64,000 bases of DNA from Antedon mediterranea (taxonomy: Eukaryota; Animalia; Echinodermata): positions 25,004,871-25,068,870 of the forward strand of contig NC_092676.1 in NCBI RefSeq assembly GCF_964355755.1, read 5' to 3'. A model generated the notes under the pieces. It was not told where the DNA came from and did not search any database. It saw nothing but the letters and a program-made list of their open reading frames with translations. The translations under genes and the position numbers were made by a program. This document shows positions 52,663-63,287 of this stretch, piece after piece (within the stretch, counting starts at the first letter, position 1; the number at the start of each line of letters is the position of its first letter).

Positions 52663-53220
52663 GTTGACGCCGTTGCTGCATTAGCTTCCGAGTCGATTGC
52701 TATAAAAGCAAAAAGAACACACAGGTCAATTGACAATTAGGAATTGATCCTTTTCTATTTACTATACTGTATATGTTAAGGTCAAGGCCCTAGTAGGCCA
52801 AGCTAATAGTAGTAATATAATATTTATTTTTTTTTTTAAATGGTTAGGCCGGCCAACTCCAACTTAATAATATAGACCTAACCTTGCACTGCTATCTCTG
52901 AGCCTGGGGAATACCCTGTCTAGCTAGGCCTAAACCTATCCTACATTTCTCTAGAGAGAGGACGTGTCTCCTGGACCTGGCTGGGCTGCTGGGAAGAAGG
53001 CTCTGCATGCTACACTTGTTGTTGGGGTCTATAGGGCCTAGTTAGGCCTAGCTAGTAGAGTAGACCTAGGCCTAGGCCTGGCCTGGCCTAGCCTAGCCTA
53101 GCACTGGTTTTCAGTATTATAATTACATCATAATGTCTACTGTTTAATAAACGGTAACTTTTTTTAACAATTTTCATGAAAATATGTAAACGAGAACCTT
53201 TAAGAAGACGAAGCACATAC

Positions 53221-53340
53221 ACAGAATGAGAGTCAAAATTTTGTGAAAAACTCCCCGTTTCACAAGTCACCTGATGATTTTGTTACGCATGAGTGATTAG
53301 TATACAAACATATTATTCATGAGAAACTTGTCGATAGATA
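53221..53340 (-). promoter_or_regulatory. Probable SMCR8 5' non-coding exon and core promoter
   Basis: GTATGT donor at 53220 could pair with the acceptor near 52700; E-box (GTCACCTGAT) at about 53266; the putative first intron is dense in TAGGCCTA. Confidence 0.45.
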
Positions 53341-56300
53341 TTATATATTCGCCGTTATTAATTAATTGTTCCGGCAGAATGAACGCATGATGGTCAATAT
53401 TTCGTTTGATTATTTATTTTCTTTAATTTGAAAATGCCTTGATACGAAAGCAGTTAGCAGTTATGTCCGTAAATTGTTGTTTAAATTTTAGTATATTGAC
53501 GACAAGTCTCTCTGATGTAAGGCCTCCTACATAGGCTAAAGATTCTTTTAAAAAAAAGGTGGTTTCTAGGACGTCTTATCGTGCTAATGTTATCCAATCA
53601 CTTTTTAAAAGTTGGTGCCCTGACCATTGTCGTTGGAAGTGCATTCTAAAAATTGATTATTCTTATAATCTTATAATATAGCAAACTTAGAAAATGTGTA
53701 TTCTGGAATCTGGACACCATATTGATTGTTCATTTACGTAATGTGCATAGTTCCCTTGAAGGGCCTAAACGTCCTTCTAAATTGTAGTCATATCACGGTT
53801 ATAAATACTGGATTTCAATTGATTCTACATCTGCAAATTGTATAATTCAGACAATTAATTCTATAATTGTTACTATAGATAGAAAATTCCGAAATATTTT
53901 ATTATAATGATTTTCACTCTTTCCTGATAAAACTAATTCATCCGTTAATAGATCTTACAAACCTGACGTAATCATCACTTATTGAGGTAATTCTGACAAC
54001 CATTGCTACAGTACTTTCCTTCCTGGATAAATCTTTTCTATTTATTTTTAAATTGCAAAGAAAATGCAATAAAGTAGGCCTACAGTGTATAATATATATA
54101 ATTTATTTGGAAGCTACACTTTTGAAACAGTAGCACGTCCAGAGTAAGTAAAATAAAAGTTAAAGAATGATTTAACAATAGGCCTATTTACATACAACTA
54201 AATTATGTACAAAATATTGAAAAAATAACATTAAAAATAGTAATACAGGATTTAAACAACTAAGAATATAATAAAAGTTGGTAGGCATGTGTAGGCCTAT
54301 AGAGTAATACAGTGTGTGTCGGTATATACTACTAAAAATAAGGCCATACATGGCTGCAGTCGCGTGCTCAAATTTGAATTAGTTTTTACCGACCGACCGA
54401 CCAAAATAGTGAGCTGTAGAGTTTGTTTTGTTACTTTATATCATTTTATTTTATCAATTTTTATACGCGCGTGTTCAGATATAATTGCCTTTGTTATAAA
54501 TTGTTTACATTTCATCAAACATAACACGCAGCTTCCGTACTTTTTTTAAAAGATGAACAATTTTACGATTGACTTGATATTATGTGGGTTTATCCTTTGA
54601 TCTTTCTTATAAACACCAATAATACATCCGCCAAGCTATTACATAAGAGACAACATGTCTTTGAATTTTACAACCCATGGTCAAGAACTATTTGCAGAGA
54701 ATTATAATGGAAATTAACAGGAGAAGAAGTGCATTTTAAATCCAGTGGTTAAACAGTACTCTTCCCAAAGCTCTATCTACACTATCAAACTATAGTTTGA
54801 GAAAAAAAAGTGTGATGTGCTCAAAAATGTTAGTGATATGCCCAAATATGGTAGTGATATGACATCACCATGACCATATATGGGCACATCACATGTTGTT
54901 GTCACAGAAAGTTTGATAGTGTAGACAGAGCTTAATCATTCATCGTGTAGGCTACAGATTGACGATCGAGCGCATCAAGTAACGATTCTGACCCAAGGTA
55001 TACCCACTACAGGATATACAACCCCATATCAGCAACCCCACTCCCTCGCCTCCTCCTGTGACCATGGTCTCTAGTAGGCTATGCTGACCTACCGAAAATA
55101 GGCTTCCTGAAGAACCAGTCAATTCTTATTTGTTACAACGAAATAATTCGTATTTTTATCGATAAGGACGTTGCTTATGGGATAAGAATACTATTCAATC
55201 AGTTAAATTACATTCTAACATTCTAACTGAATCAGAGCATGGGTGGTCAACTGGTCAGTTGTCAAGTGTGATCAAACAGATTACACTTATAATTAATTTT
55301 TTTTTAATGTTGTCATAAAAACCTTAAGGCCTACAGAACTTTTTTTTATATTGTCTGTTTTTCTGTAGACTCAGTTTATTTGATTGTCTCTCTATCAACA
55401 TAAAATGGGAGTTATTATTTAAATATTTAAATAATTACACCAATTATATTTGCACTTTTCAGTCACAAGAGTTCTTATAATACAGTACAATATTTAAACC
55501 GCAACAATAGATGCGCACGTGTTAAAGCTATTACCTCTAAAACCAATAAACATTTTTACAGATATAATAAACATCGCAAAACATTAATCATAGAAAATTA
55601 TAATATAATTACCGATACCTTTGTTTGAAAACAATCAGACAATAGAAACCAATTGATTTTTAAATAAACACACTTAGATTTTTATCAAAGATCATTGTTC
55701 AAAGGCAAAAGAATGAAACCGCATTTGATGTTCTTGTTTTGGCCATGGTTTACTTTCATTTTGTTAGGTGTATTAATTGTGTTATCAAAATATAGTGTAG
55801 ACCATAACAAAAAACACCCTCGATGATTTTCACAAAAGTTTACAATCTGGCAAATGTACTTACTTCGCTTAGGCATACTGGTTTATGAAACGAAATAAAT
55901 AAATAAAACTAAACGAAACGGCATTGGTATACCAATGAAATTTCCGCTTTAAACCGACGGGAAAAAATTGTTCCCTAATAGGCCTAATAATTTTTAACTG
56001 TAATTTTTTTTTATAAAATCTCAATTTTATGCATTTTGGATGCGTTTTCTACTATTTTTACCTTCTTCTCTTTAAGTGTTTTGTATTTGTTGTTGTGTTT
56101 TTCCCTGCATTATTATGCTTAGTCCTCCAAGCTGTGACCTGGGATGTTTGTAACATTATGTTTTTTAATTTGAAATAAAGGATGATTTTACATACCAAAA
56201 AAAAAACACGATTTCACAGTCCTTTTTCATCAGTAGGTTTTCGTCTGAACTCGTCGTCAACGCCTTACGCCAGTCTTTATATAAATTTGGTTTCATAACT

Positions 56301-56453
56301 ATTTTGCGTAAAATTGAAACAAAAAATTAGTAGAAACAGAAACAAAAAGATTCCAATTTAGGTCTAATTTAATCGAAAGAATATCAACCTTTTTCATAGG
56401 TTTCGTTTGCGCTCATCGGCGGCGGAAGTTCGCCATCATTTGGTTTCATACCA

Positions 56454-57207
56454 AACAAGAAAGCCACTGCGAGAGTACATATCTCCGCCTACTGTAAAAT
56501 TCTCCTACATAAGATTTCTCCGGGAAAAAATATATATTTGTGTGTGTCTTAATGCTGTGGTGTAGGCTAATTTCACTACAAGCATGTGTATGCGAATTTG
56601 GAGGTATATATTTTCAGAGCATGCCTATTACAAAAAAAATGGTTTATTAATAACATTACAAATAACAAACATGATGTTATTGTCAGACTAGTCAGGCTAG
56701 TATTAAAAGATAGGAGACAATTTTCAAAAGCCGAGCAGTCTTAAAAAAAAAAGTGTACTGAAATTGCATTTTCTCGAGAACTACTTGTCCAAAAACCTTC
56801 ATTTTTATACAAGAGCCAAGAGTTATAGTTTGTGATTTGTAATTTCAAGCTAGTTTGATTTCATTTAGGCCTACAGGTTTTTTTATACGAGTAGTTTTAA
56901 AAAACCTATTTCCGTTTGTTTTTGGTTATTGCTGTTATTAATAGTCAGCTGATACATAGTTAGTTAAAAAATGGTAACATAATCATACACCAAACAATTC
57001 AGAATGATAACTTGAAAACTGCGCTATCGTGCTAACAAACAAACAAACATACATACATACAAACATACAAACAAAATAAATACTATAGGCCTATTTGGCA
57101 AAATTTTGCCAAGTACAAACATACAGATAAACACACGCGATCGACTCCTTGGGCGAAGGTAAACAAACACACGCGATCGACTACATATCCCTCCTTGGCG
57201 GAGGTAA
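56454..57207 (+). mobile_element. Helentron-associated non-autonomous element (HINE/DINE-like)
   Basis: 5' AACAAGA, subterminal ATCTCCGCC inverted to 3' GGCGGAGGT, (CAAA/CATA)n microsatellite, terminal stem-loop CCTCCTTGGCGGAGG. Confidence 0.7.
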
Positions 57208-58230
57208 AATGTAAATAGAACTCATTAAGGATTTTTTTAAATTATGTGCAATTCAGTCGCACGACACAACGGTTATTCCCCACAGTTTTCAACATAAAAA
57301 CCAAAATTAAGTTTACACATTAATTGCATCTAGTATTAACTTTGAAAACTAACATTAATGTTGTGAACAATAACGTAGGCTAATATTAGTAATAGGTCAT
57401 AATAATACATTCATTTTTTTTTTAATTGGTCTAAAATATTCTACATAGTCAGTTTGTGTCAATCAAAATATTAATGGCAGTTTTGTTTATAATTTTACAT
57501 CCGAGAGTTAAACACCAGTTTCCAAACACTTTATTTTTGTTCTACACTGTTTGATATTGTTTATCATTGTGATTGTATTAAGTAGACTCATCTAAACCAA
57601 TGGAGTTATTATGGCTCCTTTGCTTTAGTAAAACAAAACAAAAATAAAACTATCAATAAAAATTTGATCAATTACAAGCGACAGTTCGATATTGTGATTG
57701 GAAAAATAATTAGACGTAATTTCCTGTATTTGGAACCAACGTATCATCATCAAACTTCTTCTTACCATGGAAAAATAACTTATTTCTCCACGTTCTTGCC
57801 AAGCCTAACCTAATCCTTCTTCAGATATTCAGACAGGCGTATACGCTGTTAACCAACGTAATGAGTCTACACCTTCAACCCTACCCTTTTTCTATTTTTA
57901 TCTTTCGCTTTATTTTCTACGAACCAATCTTCTCTGAAACAGAGTTTCGATTTTTAGATTGGCAATAAAATTTGACTTGAGAATTCATACGTCACAAATC
58001 CGTTTCCAACAACACACCCTGTACTTTTCCGAATTCTTCAAATTAGGTTGAAGCTATAGTTACGTCACCTAATTAACACTTATTACTGCAATAATATCCG
58101 TTACCACTCCTCTATTATTCCGCCCACGTGACCCATACGCCACGTGACCCATGGCACGCGGTCTTAAACACATTTACTTTTGTTTTTTATCGTCGATGAA
58201 AGTAGGCAATCCAACGAATAAACAAAAGGC

Positions 58231-58403
58231 TAGTCTGGGTTCCAGACGGAGTTTTGTCTTAATATTAGTAAAAAGATAAATATTTTGGCACATATGGCGT
58301 TTCATACGTATACTACTTGATTCTGGATACTCAGACAAAAATCGCGGTCGAAATAAAAACAAATAAATATAAAAAAAGATAATACAGACTTGGGGCAAGC
58401 CTA
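58231..58403 (+). repeat. Dispersed repeat copy (also 63117-63287 and about 11283-11365)
   Basis: TAGTCTGGGT(T/C)CCAGACGG...AATATTAGTAAAAAGATAAATAT(T/G)TTGGCACATATGGCGTTTCATACGTA shared. Confidence 0.8.
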
Positions 58404-59865
58404 ACAAAAGGCATGCCAGGAGACAAAAGACAATAAGTTCATTAGGACTTCATCAAATGTGGTTTTTTTTCCTGATCGCCGTTACTATCAATTTTTTTTT
58501 TTAAGCAAGTTTGTGTGATATGATTGATTGAATTAATTTACTAATCCTATAAGATTGTACTTTCAATAATTGATTGATAATCTGAACTATCCGGTAATTT
58601 CAGTCCGGAGGTTATTGACGCCTACTATCAATAACAACACGGTAATAATGCATGAAGGTAGAAGTCATAATATTGGTATGAAACAATTCGGCCTAAATGC
58701 TGTAGTGGTATGAAATCCGTACAGTCTTGATGATGGTGGGTGGGAGAGGGAGGAGAAACTAGGTCGTAGGCCTAAAGCTAACTACTGAAGGCAAATAAGG
58801 TCCTAAATCAGACCGTCGCATGCATAATTCGTGAAAAATATTGAAAAGTTTAATTTTAAAAATGGAAAACAACGGGGAGACGTGTTTGGCAAAAGCAGTT
58901 CGGGTAACACAATACCACTTCAACATTTTTCTTCATATTTTTTATTTATTTTTATTCACAGCAATATGTACACGTTTTATTAGGGCTGTACAATAAAGAA
59001 TCTAGGCCTGTATGCTGAAAATAATTGTAATATCAACAAGTGTAACTGTACCGGAACCCAACTCCTAAATGATGTCCGGATTTCGAACCATTATACAATT
59101 GCATTATTTATTCAACCGCATGATCGTACATTATTTAGATATTTAAGATTTTACAGATACATTTTTTTTTAAATTTCAGATAATTGTTTTTATATAATTT
59201 AAATATTAAACTGTACATAAACGTAAGGTACTAGTTGAAAAAATATTTAGCAAAGGTAACTTTACCATTTGTTTTAGGTAAGATTAGATAAATTAAGAAA
59301 TTTCGAAAACACAACAGGCCTACTTAGTTATCCTAGATGTCATTTAAAGCAGCCTTTTACTACCTACAGCATATTTCAGATAATTATTTGTACAGTATAT
59401 AATTTAATACTTTACTATACATAAACATAAGTTACTACTAAATAAAATATTTTGGTACGGTAACTTAAAAATGAAATGTTATTATTTTATGTAAGATTAA
59501 ATTAATTGAGAAATTTCGAAAACTTTCACGCAAATATACAGTAGTTAGATGATTTAAAGCAGCTTTTACTACCTGTAGCAAACTAATGTAAACATAGACA
59601 AAACGCATTGAGTCTTTATTATATTTAGGTTACAGTAAAACATTCTGATTTTTTAAACACTGATTAATTTGAAATGTTCAACTGATGCCTGACTACTTTT
59701 CCACTATTAAACCAGTAGAAAAACAATAGTACGCTGTACGCATGCGCAACAAATATGTATTCGTTGATGTTATCAGAAGATTGAAATTTATAATTACCTA
59801 ATTACTTTCACGCTTCCCTGTTGTAATAAAGTGTTTTTTTTTATATTATAGTTATTCTAAAATAT

Positions 59866-61011
59866 TTATAATGGCTGCACTGATGCCATGGTTGCATATC
59901 CACTGTATCTGGCTCCTTTGGCATTCCCAAGCGAGTCCATGTTTTCGTAAATGTTTGTATCGTCCTGCTCCTCCTCGTCGAGATCTGGATACAGTCTGGG
60001 TCCGAAATCCGGTTCTTCTTCGCGGAATGTGTCCATTGTAACGACTTTCCATTGAGTAACTGGTTCGATCGTCTTACCAGTGTTGTTGGGAAGTTCTGAG
60101 TACGAGTTTGGACGCGCGCGTTCAACATCGTCAAATTTGGTAGTGGCTACTGGGTCTTTACTGATTGATTGTTTCCTTTGTTGCCGATTGTCTTTTTTCA
60201 TTTTACAAACACACAGCAAACAGACAAAAATGATGGAAAATATCAGAGTACCAGCTGCGCCAATAATAAAATATAACTTAATATCTAATAGATTGTTTTC
60301 AGTTGCAGTGGGTGCAGCATTAGTTGTGGTGGTGGTACGTCCATGATGCATAGTGAAATTTGTTGGCATGGCCATACCTTCTATAAATAAAAATGATTTG
60401 GCATTGGCTCTACTCCTCTGATCCTCAACACCGTTTCCAACTCGACATTTAATCTCGGATTGATGCAATTCTTCAGTAACATTACGTATACGAAGCGTAC
60501 GGCCGCCGTCTTCTTTAATAAACTGTCCCTTCGGCAACAACAAATCAACTTTCACTTTTTCTACCCACCAGTTGTAGTATGTAACCTGGGGAACAGTTTC
60601 TCCAAGACAGACAAACACAGCATCTTCCCCGCGGGATAGAATGCGGTACGGCGGATCAATCTCAGCTTTTGCTTGTATCTCCAGCGGACTTTTCAATTCA
60701 CATTCTAGTTTTTCTTGATTGTCAAAACGCTCTGAACATTTAAAAATGGCAAAATTATCGGTTTCTGTAACCTCTTGTCTCACCTCGAAAATCCGACGGT
60801 TGCCATCTTGCCTTTCTGATGTACCGGTCATTCTCTTTCCATATTTACGAAACACAATTGAGCTACTGTTGTTTTCGGTAGAACATAAGAACGTTGCCAT
60901 TTCTCCGGGACGGATTACATTTACAGGGCTCACATCACATTGTAGCATAGATATTGGATTTATCATCATGCATATCCACAATAGAATGAAACTTATGTTT
61001 GAATTTTTCAT
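59866..61011 (-). CDS. Intronless two-Ig-domain type I transmembrane receptor with cytoplasmic Tyr motifs, 381 aa
   Basis: GCCAAC-ATG start at 61011; signal peptide (ISFILLWICMMINP); Ig1 (GEMATFLC...DNFAIFKC); Ig2 (GEDAVFVC, YNWW, TLRIRNVT, IKC); Thr-rich stalk; TM (LYFIIGAAGTLIFSIIFVCLLCVC) followed by basic KMKK; tail motifs YSEL, YPDL, YENM, YATM. Confidence 0.9.
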   Translation of the reverse strand: MKNSNISFILLWICMMINPISMLQCDVSPVNVIRPGEMATFLCSTENNSSSIVFRKYGKRMTGTSERQDGNRRIFEVRQEVTETDNFAIFKCSERFDNQEKLECELKSPLEIQAKAEIDPPYRILSRGEDAVFVCLGETVPQVTYYNWWVEKVKVDLLLPKGQFIKEDGGRTLRIRNVTEELHQSEIKCRVGNGVEDQRSRANAKSFLFIEGMAMPTNFTMHHGRTTTTTNAAPTATENNLLDIKLYFIIGAAGTLIFSIIFVCLLCVCKMKKDNRQQRKQSISKDPVATTKFDDVERARPNSYSELPNNTGKTIEPVTQWKVVTMDTFREEEPDFGPRLYPDLDEEEQDDTNIYENMDSLGNAKGARYSGYATMASVQPL

Positions 61012-61144
61012 GTTGGCCAATACGAAAGTTAGTTAGTTCGGCTGAGTTGCTGAATAAGTTTTTGAGAAAGCGTTTGCTTGTGTGCCGTTCAACTAAACAA
61101 TCGAATTGTTTTTAAGTTCACCAACGGTGAACATGCAGTTTTGT

Positions 61145-61250
61145 CGACACCGGAAATGTATAGACTTCCGCATTGTTTGTATTAATTCATTGTTTTCTTG
61201 AGTACTGCTATTTATACCAACAGTGCGCACGGGAAAGGTGAGTTTCCACC
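61145..61250 (-). promoter_or_regulatory. Candidate TATA promoter of the Ig receptor gene
   Basis: TATAAATA on the minus strand at 61209-61216, about 200 bp above the ATG; ETS-like CCGGAAAT and ACTTCCG at about 61150-61170. Confidence 0.45.
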
Positions 61251-62418
61251 TAACTATGATGCGATAGATTGAACCGTGAAATAGATTACTGTATACATTT
61301 ACACTCATAAATTATTATTATCTTATTTTTGGAATAAAGGTTACTTAACACTAGTTTACACTGGTATGACTATAGTCCGAACAGGTACAATAAAAAGAAA
61401 CAGTATGGGAAAAGCTTTCCTAGACATCTGTCCTGCTATACTCACTGCGTACTCCACTTAAGACATTGCGGTATTTAAGGACCTGCACACAATTTAGTTA
61501 TAAAAGAAAAGCCATATTTTAAATAATTAATAATCTCCACTAGGTTGACTAATGATTGATATTTATATTGCAATATTTTCCACTCCGTATACAATTCTCG
61601 GCGTTGATACATTATTATCATTATAACACATTATAAACCAAGGAAGAGTGAATTCCCGGATAATTACCTCATTCACAGGTGACAGACTTAAACAGAAAAC
61701 AACTGTAATAAAAGCAATGCGTCACAATATAAACTTTCTGTTGTACATAGGGATATATACTACAAGGACCATTAAAGCATCCGTTTTGTTTATCATAAAT
61801 CATAATAACAGATAATAGTAATATAAATCGGTAGCTCCATTATGCTTACAGAGGACTCATTTCCTGATGAATGAAAAGGCTACGGTACATGTTCCTTGAC
61901 GGCGCACTGCCGTCGTTTACGCATAGTAAGTCATTGCGGTAGGCCTAGGAAAACTGTGGTTCATAGGGATACTACTGTATTACGTAAATTACTAATAGTC
62001 GAATGTCGAAATATTAGCTCTGTCTACACTATCAAATAAATGCGATGTACGCATATATGGACATGAGGTCATATTACTACCATATTTGGGTATATCCCTA
62101 CCATATTTGGGCACATCACACTTCATTTGTCTAGTTTTATAGTGTAGACAGAGCATATTAATTGAACTGATTTATACGCGATGACAACAAGAGAGTATAA
62201 GAACCTCGGTTGAGAGGTTGAACGCGCGCGACGTGTACGCCTTTTATTATCCAATGTAAATTAAGTAACTCATTGAATTTCTTTGACATCTGTGATTACT
62301 CTCTGACTCAATTGATATCTCCACATTCAATATTACAAGTAGAACATCGATCTTCCAAACATTAAGGGCGCGACTCACTTTATTTGAGCTCATGAAAGAT
62401 ATAATTTTAATATATTTT

Positions 62419-62478
62419 ACAGAGGGCGCTATTTATGACAAACTTTTTAAAAAGTTTGTCATAAATAGCGCCCTCTGT
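62419..62478. repeat. Perfect 60-bp palindrome
   Basis: ACAGAGGGCGCTATTTATGACAAACTTTTT followed directly by its exact reverse complement. Confidence 0.95.
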
Positions 62479-63116
62479 GGTTGAATGAATAATGCGCATT
62501 TAAACAAAGTATTACATAGTATTTTCGTTTACGTATTCAATTATTGTATTTTAATTTTCTGAATGTGTGAAATTTTTAACAAATTGGTGATTCATTTTAA
62601 ACCCACATCGTAATGAGTAACTATTGAAACAGGAAATCTAAGATTAAAATTTATTTTCTGATTAAAACTATCGCTATCATGTTTTTTCAGTGTAACTCTG
62701 ATGCCTTGAAAAACACATTATATAGGACACTCGTGGGTTTGTATATTATTCTAGCTTTAAAAAAAATAGTCATCGAACACATGTATTGTGAAGTTATTAT
62801 TCGCTGCTAATACTATAGACTCACTACAGCCGTGTAGACATATGCATTGTCTGCTAACACTATAGACTCACTACAGCTGTGTAGGCCTATTACATTGTCA
62901 TCGTATTCGTACTGGAGGTATTTCGTTAAAACTATGAAAAGCAGTTTATACTCACTAACGTAGTCCGAAGTCGGGAAAAATTGTATCCATCAAACGTCTT
63001 TAAAACATATACATGCCTTATACAAAAACATTCAATCCCTTAACTTAAGAACCGTCGTGAAGAATAGTAAATACCAGAAGTGACAGAGAACTGCGGGTAC
63101 ACATTATGGAGATAGA

Positions 63117-63287
63117 TAGTCTGGGTCCCAGACGGGTTTTGACTTTTAATATTAGTAAAAAGATAAATATGTTGGCACATATGGCGTTTCATACGTACAC
63201 TACTTGAGCTTGGAAAAAACGAAACATCGTGAACTACCACCATAAAAAAGAGACAATAAATAGGCTTACAGAGTTGGAGCAAGTCTA
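63117..63287 (+). repeat. Dispersed repeat copy, same orientation as 58231-58403
   Basis: About 90-bp core nearly identical to 58231-58320. Confidence 0.8.

Noticed and set aside
53340-58000. Head-to-head partner gene (TOP3A is adjacent to SMCR8 in human)
   Set aside because: No plus-strand coding exons with recognisable homology were found.
61012-61020. TTG start given by the ORF track for the Ig receptor
   Set aside because: In a eukaryote the ATG at 61011 in GCCAAC-ATG context is the likely start.
60080-61036. Plus-strand ORFs overlapping the Ig receptor
   Set aside because: Antisense shadows of the real coding frame.
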